64,000 bases of DNA. It comes from Bigelowiella natans CCMP2755. Its lineage: Eukaryota > Protista > Cercozoa. Under the pieces are notes generated by a model. It was not told the DNA's origin. It did no database searches and saw only the letters and a list, made by a program, of their open reading frames with translations. This document shows, piece after piece, positions 41,251-54,443 of this stretch (positions within the stretch are counted from its first letter, which is position 1; every line of letters begins with the position of its first letter). The DNA is taken from positions 89,488 through 153,487 of the forward strand of contig ADNK01000772.1 in assembly GCA_000320545.1 (NCBI GenBank), given 5' to 3'. The position numbers were made by a program, and so were the translations under genes.

Positions 41251-41429
41251 ACATGCAACATTTCAACACCAACCATCAATTGTCCAGAATATCTGACGGC
41301 AACGTGCTCTGTGCCAACACTTTTAAATAGAACAAAATCAGTTTTGGCTTGATCTCATGATGTGCCATGCTCCGGCTCTCACATTCTTAGAGCTTTCAGA
41401 CAATTTCATTTAACCTTACTGAATAGATG

Positions 41430-42070
41430 ACAGGTGCGTCTCTACGTGCTGTTCCAAATGTTACCCCTCTAGATTTGCGTGATTTTGAAGACGATTTATG
41501 AGATTTTTCTGTTTCATAGGCGCTTGGTCCTGTGTACAAACATATGAATGGAAGAGCACAAAGAACGTGAACTGTGTATGTTTCATGTATACATGCTTTT
41601 GAAACTTCGATCGTGTTACCAATTAGATTCGTTGTTCATTATCATTACCAACATGTTAACAATCTCCATGTTTATCATTCATAACCTGGGGTGCAGTGTA
41701 GATGTCGTCACTATCATGATTGAATGAGAAGAAGACAAATAGGAATGGCAGCATGCTAACATTCACGAAGTTTTCGTAGCAAAAAGGTATTCTTAATAAA
41801 TTCTGCACCGACATATCTTAATGATGCCTAAGCTCTTCAGTATAAACAACCTAATTTCGCCTTTGCCTCATTAACACGGTATGTAAGAGGCCCAGGCGTT
41901 TCCTCTTCCTTCTTCTTCTTAAACCTTCTTGACGTCGGAATTACGACCCGCCGAGGCGATTTCGCCAGTCTGTATGTAAGAGAGGAGGGATCTGAATCGT
42001 CCCTTAACCACCCCCCTACTATCTTTCGGTGTTTGTGTATGTGGGTACGTGGGTACGTGGGTACGTGTGC

Positions 42071-42117
<47 letters not shown>

Positions 42118-45100
42118 TCTCTCTCCCACATTACTACGTAATCCCCCTATTTTTCTTCCCTCTGTAGGTGAAAATCAATACTACTTGTCTTTAACTGCCT
42201 CGATGTTGTACGTCATAGGCCCTGGATCTAAGAAAATGAGAACCGCAAATGCACAATACATACGAATACAACATGCGTAAGGTATAGGACAAACAAAGGT
42301 AAAACAAAAAGGAATCGCTCGAAAGCTACTTTCAGTTATTTTTGGAGTCGATGCACTATTTCTCATTCAGCCACCTTTTTTAGCACTCGGATCGTAGTTG
42401 TCTGGCTTGAAGCGCCTTGCAGTTGGGATAACACTCGAAATGGAAGATTTTAGTAGCCTATAAGAGCGATAAGGGAAGGAGATATGATACCGAAGCTGAG
42501 GACGTTAAATATGCGACACCGATGTCGAAAAGGTGGAAGGATTACGAAATACCGGATACATGTTATTCGTTGGGCTTCTATGACATTGCTGGCATCTTTC
42601 ATATACTATTCTATTTTGATTGTCGTCGTCAAGTTCACATACATAACCATTGTTGATTGTATCGTTCGCAACGCTGTTATGCTTTTCGGTTAGTCGAAAT
42701 ACATACAATTCGGTGTCCTGTCCTTACTAAGGTCCCTCCACCCGCACCCATTATCCTCCCCTCACCGGTCTCTTGCTGCTTTACTGTCGTAGGAAAGGGG
42801 GCTAGGCCGATCGATCTTAATGGTTAATTCAGAGAACCGAGCAGCTAGTGACAGTGCTCCGCCTTTTATAGGCTTGCCTTCTACAGATCTGAAAGTAGTA
42901 GTACAAACATCTAAGAACATATCCTACCATCGATGTGGGGGTTAGTAATAAGAAATGTACACCTACTCACAGAACAATTTACATATATTTATATGTATTA
43001 CAATGTAATATAAGTATACAAATATATGTAATATGTGTTGGATGTGTCATCCTCTGTGGCTCTTGTGCGTGCTTGCAGTTGAAATCATAAAGATGCATAC
43101 TCTCGGATGGACTTCGCTGAAGGCACGGTCTTACGACTTTGTAGCAGTTTCAAATACACACGTGTCAGCTATGGAAACGATGGAGACTTCGCTATCAATG
43201 ACACTATTCATTCACAACGCAAGTAAGAACTTGTTTTCTTGTCAATGGGTAACAAAGACAATCTTTGTTGTCGTTCCGATGATTCACTTTCATCAGTTCG
43301 TTACTACCTACCTTGTACGAGGATTGTGTTGGCCGCCGCCTAGATTCCATGATCGCTCTGATCGAGTCCGAGTGAGAGAGCGCGAACGAGTGCTGCGACT
43401 GACTGATCTACTGTGAGAATTCTTTCATGGGGACCTACTTCGACGCGTTCTTCCAGTGGGAGGACCGACACTCTTTGAGGTACGGAGATGTCCTGCATAT
43501 GAACTCAGCCCTCGAGGTGTACGAGAGCGGCCGCGTCGCTCTCCTTTCTGATGTAGTTGGTAGTAAGTAAGTGCAATGGAAGGAATTTTTTCTATACTTC
43601 TTGTATGGATGAAGTCTTCATTTTGGCCGCTTTTCTCTGGAAACTCGCGAATTAAAGTGCTTATGGTTATCGAAAGGTTTTGTAGTAAATAAAATCAAAG
43701 ACTCGTTCATGTACCGCGAAAAGGCGAGCTTTAGCCATTTGCTCGACCGATAGGTGAAGATTCACGAGCTTTGATGAGTTATGATTCGATGCCTTTCTGG
43801 GCATGACGGGGGTCGTCTCTGAATGTTCCCCGAACAACGGGTTGCTCATCGTTCTTACGTCAAAGCCTTGTCTGGTTACAATATGTCTATACAGCGATCT
43901 TTCGATGCCCTATTCCATCATCCAAAAATAATGCACAAAGGAAGTTTTTCAACGATGGCTTTTCTCATGAATCTTCACCATCATAGCAACCGAGTAGTAT
44001 TCTAGTCATCCATGCCTCTTCCTCTTCTACACCTATCAAAAGTCCAATCGTGGTTTCGAGGACTACCTCTCCTCTCCTGTTCCTTTTCCTCTGCGATGCT
44101 GCTGGCCCTTAATTTTTCCAAATAAGCCCAAAATATGGATGTCGCACCTTCGTATCACCATGGATTCTTGATCAAATTACGGTGGTACACGGCGTTACGA
44201 GCGTTACGAGCATCAAGAGCTCGAGCTGCGAAGGAACGAAATCCCTCTCCTAGACTACCTATGTAGATCTAGGAAAAAGAAGAAAAAGAAGTGCGAAGAT
44301 TATCATTCATCATTTGATCATCCTCAGATATACATGTACATGTATTCACGTAGATCTAGACTCTAGATCTATTCTTACAATTAATTAATTTATTTATTCA
44401 ATTTATTTTCTCGCTTATTATCACCTAGATCCAGGATTATCGATCGATCATACTCCAAACAACAACAACAACAACAACAATGGGACACCTCGCTTGACCA
44501 GCTGGATATGCTGCTGCTGCTGCTGCTGCTGCCTCTCATCAGATAATAATGAGGGCTGCGTGACGGGCCGGATGCTGCCTCTGCTCCTTCTTTGGGGTGG
44601 GGACTTTATTTATGTACCCGCATCGTTATTTTCGAGTGATTTTTTAATTCACACTCAGGTGTAGCAGTACTTGCAGCCGCTGCTGCTATTGACCCCTCGG
44701 TTAGCCCACGCTCTCCCCGTCCCTCCGTCCACATTCCATATTGGCGCTCTAGCTGGGCGAAATTTCGCTTCCTCTCCCCTGCACTTCCAATCAAAGTGAT
44801 CGAAACAAATGAGCAACTATACAACCGCACCAGTGATGAGGAGCGGCAGTTGGCGGAAACCGTAAGTAAAGATACATTGACTAATCGGGAGATATTCCTT
44901 CTGATTTGTACTTAACCTATTTATACCATTGACGTTATGTATCATCAAAAGACGCCTGATCCATGGGAGACGGACAGTGTCGAGAAAGAAGTACGTCGGA
45001 ACCGCATTAAGCGGGCCCGTCGCTTTTCCTGGCTTCAGAAGGTGGTGTATGTAATAACAACCCACACACTTGGTGGTGGTAGTACTACTAGTAGTAGTGG

Positions 45101-46017
45101 TAGTTGCTTACTACAACAGCAAAGGCAGTCATGAATAAGTCCATCACTATTAGGTGCGCGAAGCCCATGACTTGGCAAGAAACCAAACGAGGTTGAATTC
45201 ATCCGAGGCAGTAGTGCCGCAAATTCAGAAAACGAACAACAAATTTGCAGAGGAAAAAATGTACCAGACATCTGTCCCACCGTTCCAAGACGACCCAGAT
45301 ATTTCTACTGATGAGATCCGCAAAAGCTGGTTTCTCTCAAAGATACCCACAGGCTCTCCACTCGCTACAGTGAACGATGATAGCACTGGTTCCGTATCAA
45401 TTGTTGACAACGAACCTGTATCTGATGGGAATGGAGGTTGGCGCCTGTCGCGCCGCTGGCGCTGTGCCGGACAACTCGGGGTGGAAAGTAGGAAGAACTC
45501 TGGAGTTGCAGTTGGTGGCAGCGGTACAAGAGTAGTAGCAGCTAATGCCGTGAAGAGGTCTTCTAAGGCGATGATAGATCACCAAAAGCGCTTGCGTCAC
45601 AAGGACAGCAATCTTCAGGGATTCCCACGTCCGTTTGAAGCCGAGGAGTCAGACGGATCCTGGGAAGGTATTCCTAACCAATTTAATCGAACAGATTTCT
45701 CTAGTTGTTGTATTACCACAAAACATGAATTTGTGCGGTGAACAATTGCAGGTCTGACCCTGACTGACGAGGAACCGAATACGCGTACTGCAAAAGCTAA
45801 TCATAGCTCAACTGTCGATATAGGCAACAATCGCAGTCCAGAGGCCAGAATTAGCAGTCGTATGGATCAGAAAGGGTCAGAAACTGTTCGCAAGTACATG
45901 CCAATCTTCATGTTCTCACGTGATTCGGGATCGGATCACAAGGACGAAAGTACAGATTGCGAGGGGGTCATCGCAAATGTGACCGCAAGCAAAGTCCGTG
46001 AGAGAAAACCAAGATAA
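41430..46017 (+). CDS. Hypothetical multi-exon (probably membrane) protein with low-complexity C-terminus; 5' structure uncertain
   Basis: Chain of GT-AG-bounded open segments, large exon ~45154-45667 and last exon GLTLTDEEPN...KVRERKPR* ending at 46017; no family recognised. Confidence 0.35.
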
Positions 46018-46419
46018 TGGCTCCATCAACATTATCGATGTCATTGTCTAGCTATTATTATATTCGAAGCAGAGCTCTAGGGCATGTGATGTGTGTCGTG
46101 AACGAATTCATATAACATTCCCATACTATTATACATGTTAGATGTTGCAGAGACTGCAATAATGACAACCTTACAAGACTTAGACATTAGACATGTGTGC
46201 ATTATGAGCCATGTACATAATGCATCATACATGATTACGATCGTAGCAACATGTAGTGGCTTAAAAATGTTGCGCCAAGTCTTTCCGCACACCTAGCGCA
46301 GCATAGAGCAGTTTGCGCATGGTCATTTGCCGATCACCGAAAACACGCACAGGGACAGCTTTGCTCATCGTGTACCTTTGTTGCTGCTGTAGCAAAAGGC
46401 TAGCTATAACTATATAACA

Positions 46420-46480
46420 TTGCACAGCTACATCAGGATGACCATTGAAAAAATTTAATTCTTCATCACATCCGTCTCAT
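46420..46480 (+). repeat. ~62-bp dispersed repeat copy (intergenic, between convergent genes)
   Basis: ttgcacagctacatcaggatgaccattgaaaaaatttaattcttcatcacatccgtctcat. Confidence 0.8.
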
Positions 46481-46705
46481 ATAACAATGTAATATGATAA
46501 AGTAGCGCTACGCTTATCTTGTTCTTCTTTGGACCTATTGGTTGCAGAGAATCCGCGCTGCATGCTATCATACATTTGTCACATCTATACAAAATTGTAA
46601 TGAAATACATCCTGAAAGACAGGTCTAGTACTACATGTAGGACTGCATCTTATAATCTGTGTGTAGTGATTACTAATTTGGAGGATACTTCAGGCATCTT
46701 TGCAC

Positions 46706-47247
46706 TTAGTCTTTTCCACCATCCTCTATACCTAGCTTCTTCTCATTCCTACTACTTAGATCAGCAAGAAATATCGACGATGTCTTCGGAGATGCTTCTG
46801 GACTCCGGTTGGCATCGTCTTCAGGCTTATGATGTACGTGTAGAGAGACATAGCTGATACATAAGACGAAGGGGTGTAAGGTATGAATGCACAAAACATG
46901 GTCAATGTTGTCATTATTTACCCCGCCTCTGTATCGAATTGACGTGCACTAATATGGATAAATCCACTTGCTTCGAGGGGAAATGTCGTTGTAATTACTG
47001 TAGGAACAAGACCGAGTATTAGAACTAAATTAGCTTCTGTAGCAAGATAATTCCAATTATTTTAACGTTGCATACTAATATCACGATTAAGATTGACGAA
47101 TTAATGAAGAATCTCCTAACCGTATGAACCAGGCTTCATTTTCTCGGCGGTCGAGCCAATGTACTTCCGCAGTTTATCATCGAAACTAAGCATTTAGTAG
47201 TGCACACATGATTACGTACACACACAGGGGGGAGGGGGAAGAGAGAC

Positions 47248-47327
<80 letters not shown>

Positions 47328-47634
47328 GTGTGCCTGTGGTATAATACACATATCATTGACATAGGAATGCGTTATAAACGCTATATTCTTTCACTTTTCT
47401 CTCCCTGCTGTTTCTCGACGTGCGTGTATCTTAATTAGGAAAAAATCGCTGTCACCTTGAGCAGTTGACAAAAACAACATCTGCCTCTTCTGCCCATTTA
47501 ATTTCCTTAAAGTCCGTGTTTATTACGCGAACAGTATTTTCGTTCACATATTTGCTAATTTCTTTATCGCGGTTCTCGGGCACGAAATGCCCAATTACCT
47601 AAATTGACACATACAAATACGAGCACAAAATCTT

Positions 47635-47674
<40 letters not shown>

Positions 47675-49110
47675 GCAGAGAGAGATTGGAGGGAGGAAGA
47701 GAGAGAAGAGCTGAAACCTGCCTCGAGATATGGACTAAATCTTGGAGAATTTCTATTCCCACACACTTTTCAAACTGATGAAGAAGGGCAGCGGCCACCA
47801 GCGGTCGCCCAGAGCCTAGCAGATTCCAACAAGTAGAAAAATCAATGATATATATGAATCTATTTGGAGATGCTGTAACGTGTGCAAAGTTGATATTGCT
47901 ATCTATTCCTTCTTACCGCTTCCTAGCTCGTAGAATACTCCATTCCTTGGCATCCTTGGTATTATTCCCCAGAAGATCTCTGCCATGCAGGAGAAGCCGA
48001 CCTCTGTGTAGTAGAAGTTGTGGTGGGTCAAGCCGAGAATATTACGCTCCTTCAAACTGGCCATCCGACTGCTTGCCGTAGTGTGCCTTCACCATTACAG
48101 GGGAACAAAGAGTTATTCAGATTCAGCGATTCGAAGCGGTGGCTGCTTTATACGCACATAATAGGCTCATTTGAAAAGGGAGTATCGGCTGCAAGTATGC
48201 TTCAAAAGTCTAAAAATGTCGTTGTTGGTTATTTGAGTCCATGATGCTCGAGTTATCATTGCTGCTTTTTAACTACAGATATCAGTATTACTTGGCGAAA
48301 ATCTTCTTGGCAACCGATCCCAGCCGATTTATCATTGCAAGCTAGTTGAATTGCAGCAAAAATGTAGTTAGTATACATGCACGCGTATTCATATTAACAA
48401 TTTATTTGCATTGTTCAATATATTTGAGTGTATTCTCAATGCTGTGAAGATCTAAAACTTTATGTTTGTGGCCCTAGCGTATGGGTGAAGATGAGTAAAC
48501 TACCACATAGTTATGTACGTGTTCTGCTGTGTCCGTGTGTCGAGTTAAGTCGCATTCTCTGGGCGTACCAACCTTCATAACACGGTCAAGTTCTGCTACA
48601 TTCTTCGAGTCTATAATCATAGCCTTCCATTTCCCTCCCTTCCAGAACCATCGGTTTTCACGCTCGAGGAGATCTGATCAGCAAATAAGAGGAAGTGGGA
48701 TATAAGGACAGGAAGGAATATGTATGGTACCAAAATGGTAATATTATATCTACACGTATAATACTATGGTGTGAAAGATTTCACAAGACTTACGTATCAT
48801 GAGGTTCATCTGCCTCTTGGTGAGGGCCTCTTTCCCTGCTTGGGAGAAGACTCTCCTGTATAGAATCCTTTCCCACCTGTCAGCACCGCCTCCATCTGAT
48901 GGCACCTCCGCAAATAAATCGAACGCTTCATCTGCAAGGGGAAATCAGTAAAGAGAGTTGGGAAAATGGTGAAGAGGTTAGAATTTAGAATTCGATGGAT
49001 CGGAGTTCGTATAAGAAAGACTTGTGCATGCACTGACCTTGCACTTTCCCACCCTTATCCTTCTCGTCGGCTTTGGGCGGCTCTGTCTTCACATCCTCAC
49101 CCTCACCTGC
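46706..49110 (-). CDS. DOT1-like class I SAM-dependent methyltransferase, multi-exon; start uncertain
   Basis: Spliced FYYTEVG...GVFYELGS|GSGRPLVAAALLHQFEKCVGIEIL...TDFKEIKWAEEADVVFVNCS|SFDDKL...KMKPGSY|VITT follows the DOT1 motif order. Confidence 0.75.
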
Positions 49111-49584
49111 AATCACACAACGTAATGCGCATACATATACACATGGTCAAAATCACACATGGTGGATGGGCAAGCGACGAAGTAGTAAATTCACAACGAG
49201 CCCGAAATCAGCATAGGGTGAGAGGAGCACATTCAGGAACGCAGCATCGATACTTAATCACAGGAGGAATCTCAATTAAAGTGTCCTGGACTACAAAACA
49301 AAAATCGGTTACCCATGGGATAGAAGTTAGTCGTTCAACTCGATCACACGTGGGTAAGGAGGAGGTAAAGTGCAGGTAGGCCTAGTTGTTTGGGTAGCAG
49401 TTGCCTGTGTTCGGTTTCGGGTCGATGAGGACTGGCTACTACTGATACGAAACGCAATGGAATTATACCTACGTTTTGACTCAAAATAGATGTCGCAGTG
49501 GATAAACCGTATGCATTTTATTCACACTGCGGACAAAACCACGTGAAAGAAATTCTTTTTGAGCCCTTGGTGATTGTTTCTGCG

Positions 49585-50950
49585 ACATGCATGCTCTTCA
49601 TTTTTTGATGCCCCTGACTCTGTCAAGACCAGAGTCTTGCTCGGCGCCCCCTCGGTTGTCCCCAACGTTGATCTCCGTGTGGACGTGGCTATCAGGAAGT
49701 TCCTGCTCAGGATAGATGCTTTGCGTCGTTGTCATTTGGCTGCTAGTTGTGATGCATTCAATGTTTAGTTCGTGCCAATTTGCATGAACCCCGCTAGTTT
49801 GCTGGTCAGTCCTCACTGAAGCCAGTTCGACGAGGCACTGCATTTCGCACATTGCAAGTGTCTGCACTTTGGAAATGTGGTTTTTCAGCATTGTTCTCAT
49901 TGTTCTCATTATTCTCATTGCACGTGTGCATTCGTTTGTTCATTGTTTGGTTTGTTGTTCGTTGGCTAGTTCGAGGCACTGCGTTCATTTCGCACACTGC
50001 TGGTGTCTTGCCAGCTTGCAACACTTTGGACACGCAGTTCACACACATCATCCTTGTTTTGTTGTTTCATTGATTCATTGATTCATTGTTTCGTTTTCAA
50101 AATTTCAACTGACAACTAGATCTGGGAAACACTCACCAAAAAAAACACTTTGCTCCAAAAAAAACGTGCAAATGACATGACATGTCAAAGGGCGGTGTCT
50201 CCAGTGTCTCCCACGACGTGGTTCTTGCTCGCGTGCAGTTTGCATCAATGCTTCATTCATGGTTTATTGTTCAAAAAGGAACCAGTGGATTGCAGTCCAT
50301 CATCACCTTTGTTTGTTTGTTCAGCGGCCTGATGACACCCAAAACTCCAAAACTCACCTGTTCACAACTTCACAACAGTGCTTTGCTTGCTTGCTTCAAG
50401 TTCTTGTTTCATTTCAGCAGCTCCAGGCACGCGCCCGCCCCCGCCGTCACCTGATCCTCCTCGTTCACGGCCCCTACGAGTTGCTCTGCCACCTCGGAGT
50501 GTTTGTTCCTGAACAAGGCCGCACGTCCAAGCTGTCACACCACTGCGACAGCGAACTGCAGGGCCCTCAGTTTCTTGAGGAGACCCTTCAGTGAACCTTG
50601 GAGGGTCTCCTCATCTTCGAAAGCGGTCCTTGCTGCCCGTCGAAGTCGAGTGCATGTGAGCGGGGGGAGCAGGTGACACCTCTGGGTGAGTGCGGTCGCC
50701 GCCACGCTAGCACGGCGCCACGGCCACAAGGGTCTCCTTATTGGTGTCCTCACTCAGGCAATGTGAAGCTGATGCGATGTTGCTTGTCGTTCTAGCGTGC
50801 TGACATTTGTCACATTTGTTCAGGGTCTGTTTCGGGGAAATGGAAGCTAATTGTGGTGTGCTGTGCTAGCGGTGTGGTGCGGTGGGTGCGACGCGGTACA
50901 GCAACAACGTGCACATGAAATTGCATCCGCTTCATTTCCAAAAACGTGTT
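49585..50950. mobile_element. TpA-depleted composite repeat block: second copy of the 40.3-kb element plus a GC-rich pseudogene-like fragment
   Basis: Paralogy to 40277-40690; 13 TA in 49561-50820 by hand count. Confidence 0.65.
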
Positions 50951-51035
50951 CAGTATGAACTGTGCGTGAATCGAAGAATTATGAGGTCTAATGTTCTTCA
51001 TTCAGATGATTGTGAATGTACTATAGTTTTTCCAA

Positions 51036-51557
51036 TCAGTCTGCATTGTTGGCTTTCTTGCTTTCGGTAAGTGGCAGAACTTTACCACCATAATATGTTG
51101 GCTTAATGAATGAAAAATATGTGATGCTCAGCATTCCACCCACATAGACAAAGTAAAGAAGAGCGTGCAGGATATAGATAATCTCGATACGGTCTCCAGT
51201 CAAGGGAGCAAGTGCAGCACAGTCTTTACCCTTGCTGGAATATCTCGCGATCGGGATCGTGATTGTGCAGATAGTGTAAGCGGCTCCTCCAGCCAGATGC
51301 GCGAACCAATACAACGCAAACACAAATTGATCATCGGTGTAGCCCCCGAATGCCATTCCGACGCAGAGGAAAGCAACACAGAAGCATGTAACGGACATCA
51401 TTGCCACGGCATCCCTGGTAGATTGGCACTTAGAGTCATGAGGAGTTTGGCCCCAGATATCATAATAGAATATCATGAAGCCAAAGTTCTGAATCGCCAT
51501 CATGGCGGCGTGAAACACGATTTTGGGCTTGTCTTGGGGCAGCGATTTCACGACCAT
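51036..51557 (-). CDS. Intronless 173-aa protein with ~4 TM helices, unknown function
   Basis: Clean single ORF with natural composition, four hydrophobic segments and Cys in the loops. Confidence 0.75.
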   Translation of the reverse strand: MVVKSLPQDKPKIVFHAAMMAIQNFGFMIFYYDIWGQTPHDSKCQSTRDAVAMMSVTCFCVAFLCVGMAFGGYTDDQFVFALYWFAHLAGGAAYTICTITIPIARYSSKGKDCAALAPLTGDRIEIIYILHALLYFVYVGGMLSITYFSFIKPTYYGGKVLPLTESKKANNAD

Positions 51558-51830
51558 GGTGCAGAGCTTGTTGGATACTGGAGCGTTTCGCAGCGGAGAG
51601 TGGGGAAGAGCTCGTATGTGAAGACTAGACGGATCGGCAACGAGAAGGAAGTCGATTTATTTTCAGCGAAAAAGGCCTTCATTTATGTGAATTTATGAAA
51701 CCATAACTATGTCGTAGATCGAAGTGTACGGGTAAATGTACATCGTTTTTGCGAGTACTACTGGATACAAAAAAGCGGCAGTGAGAATTGAATCCCCGAG
51801 AATCTTCACACCTCTTCGAGTATCTTATGC

Positions 51831-51870
<40 letters not shown>

Positions 51871-52206
51871 CCTCTCTCATAGACATCCACCCCTTCTGTT
51901 CGCCAAGCAATAATTGGCAAAATACATTTTCTCGAGTCAATACTGTTAACATAATTCGTTTCATTTCCGTCATCTTCTTAATCTCCCCACGTTTCAAGTT
52001 TTCGTTTTATACTTTCCTTTTTATACAGAGTTTTCTTTTTAAATTCGCCCTTTGGTTGTACACATCCGACCCTTAACCTAGTTGATAGATATGCAAAGGA
52101 TTTTCCGACTTTTTCAGGATTTCCACGATTCATTCTGGCTCTTCTCTCTCTAAAAAGTGCACAAACGCGGTTTGTCGGTGTAGCTAGAATCCGACGACGC
52201 CTGGCG

Positions 52207-54274
52207 ATGGCAACCACGAACACTCCCTCTTCTTCGATTGAGAAGAAAACCCTTAAGATCGACATCGTCTCGGACAACGTAAGTTTCATTCATCATTATC
52301 AATGGAAGGGTGCAACGTGATCAATCTTCACACTTGATTTTTTACACTGTTGTAGTCTAATGCGTGTTGTCTCCGTAACTAACGAACTGACAGTCATGTT
52401 TTTAACAATGATGATCAGGTCTGACCCTGGTAGTATGATATTCTCTATAAATCAAAGTCTAGTTGCCGTATTCCTCCATAAAATCACAAAATAAGTGCTT
52501 CTTTGCTACTAGTGTTTAATTACACTCTCTTTCTAGGTGTTTCGTCGGCAAGCGTCGCATGGAATTGGCGCTGAAGAAACTGCCGGCAGACTGTACGTGA
52601 CATTTCGAGGAACTTTATTCTCTCTTTCACGATAATAAACGGCGATTGAGTTCGCTTAATTTTGTGACGGGCGAATCTACAAATCTGTGCGAGAAAATGT
52701 GGCAGCAACTTTATAACATCGAAAATTAGCGCCGGAGGATCATAATTATAACCAACGCCTTTCCAAACTCTATATCATTTCATAATTAGATAAGGTGACT
52801 GTGAATTGGAAACCCTTCTTCCTCAACCCACAGGCTCCCACACCGTAGTAACATACTTAAATAGGACAAGAGATAAAAATATATATTCAAAGTATCCTTG
52901 CCTACCTGCCTTCTGCTGCTACTTTCTACTACTGCTGCATAAATAAAATACACGGATCAACTGCAGATAGAACGCTGTTTTTTGGCCTGCAGTACGGTTT
53001 GCAGGGCAAAGACATCAATGATCTATGGTCATTTCACGAAATGATGCTTAAATCTTCTGTTGTCTTTCAGCTGCGAACTATTTTACGATAGCGAGTACAT
53101 TGCCCAGCAAGAATCATGACTTTCCCTCGTCGCATATTCCTTACATCCCCTTCCTTTTCCTACTTTTCCACTATTCTGTTTTTATTCAGAGGGGTAGACA
53201 AGATGGAGCATTACTACCAGAAGTTCGGGAAGGAAAGGGTCGTAGAATGCAAACTATTTAAGAGTAGTATAGAAATCGTATTAATAAGAGTATTTCTCCC
53301 TTACACTGATAACTGTTGTCCGTGCTGTGGCGAGCATTTGTTGACGCATACTGCGGCAACGAAGTGCAGTACTGTTTCGTCGTCAATTGTCTGGATCACA
53401 TGATAATAAGTTTCATGTTTTCTATCCGCGAAAAGGTGGACAAGATGATTCCGTACATGAAGGAGCAAGGATCGAAGGTTGGCATTAAGTTTTCCTACAA
53501 GGGAAAGGTAGAAGAAATTAAAAATATGCGGGAAGTGCATGCCGAAACTGTTGGCTTGCTTTTAAAGGGGATCGAGAAGAGGAGTGGTGTTCAAAATGGA
53601 TTTACGATTTTTCCGCCTGTTGACCAAAAATCACATACGTAGGTTGGAAATACGATGGATTCGCATCGCCTCCTCTACTTTGCCAGGGACAACGGAAAAC
53701 AGGTGGGGGGTATTTGCTTTACATTCCTTGCTATTGGTTGATCGGCCTTTGCTGCTATTTACTCCAGGACGAGATGATAGAGAAGCTCATGTCCTATTGT
53801 GAGTATTAACCTCCAGCTGAGTTTAGAGCAGAAAAGCATATGTGATATTGGCGTTATTCGTTCAGTCTTGAAACTTTATCAACTTAGTTCTGTTCTATTT
53901 TTATCTTTTGACTTCCTAACAGACTTCGAGCAGGAAAAGGACATTTCAGACTCTAAAGTTTTAGAGGCAGCTGCATCTGAAATCGGTCTCAAAGATGCCA
54001 AGGAATTCCTTGCTACGGACAAGCTAAAAGACGAGGTAATATCCTGTTTGCAACGAAGTTTTGAACAAAGCAGCTCATTTCTCAACAAAACACTGTTATT
54101 TCTTCTTATTGTTGTTGTAATTAGGTCGTTGCAGATGTAGATGAAGTCCGCCAGATGGGAATCAGCGGAGTACCTGCATTTATCATCAACGGCGAGGAAC
54201 TGCTCTCTGGTGCACAAGAAACGAAGACATGGGTGGATATCCTAATTGAGCGTGGTTACATCCAAAAGAAATAG
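52207..54274 (+). CDS. DsbA/FrnE-family thiol-disulfide oxidoreductase, selenoprotein (UxxC)
   Basis: Exon 1 52207-52278 ...KIDIVSDN | micro-exon 52419-52429 GTC TGA CCC TG | 52537 G TGT TTC... gives SDNV-U-PWCFVGKRR; later WKPFFLNP, GNTMDSHRLL, GISGVPAFIING, SGAQ; stop TAG at 54272-54274. Confidence 0.92.
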
Positions 54275-54372
54275 TAGTTCGTCATATTTTGGTTAAACCA
54301 GCAACGAACAATGTGCTATGGTTTGGGAAGATTCGCGTATACAGAGCATTTATACTCACCACCAAGAATACA

Positions 54373-54443
54373 GCATTCCATGTTATGAAGGCGTGAGTCT
54401 AAAACAGACACAGAAATAGGGCTTACGTTGGACTCGAAGGGGT
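54373..54443 (+). promoter_or_regulatory. SECIS element in the 3' UTR of the DsbA selenoprotein
   Basis: ATGA core (54385) + 11-bp helix GGCGTGAGTCT/GGGCTTACGTT + apical AAAA (54401) + GA (54431). Confidence 0.85.
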
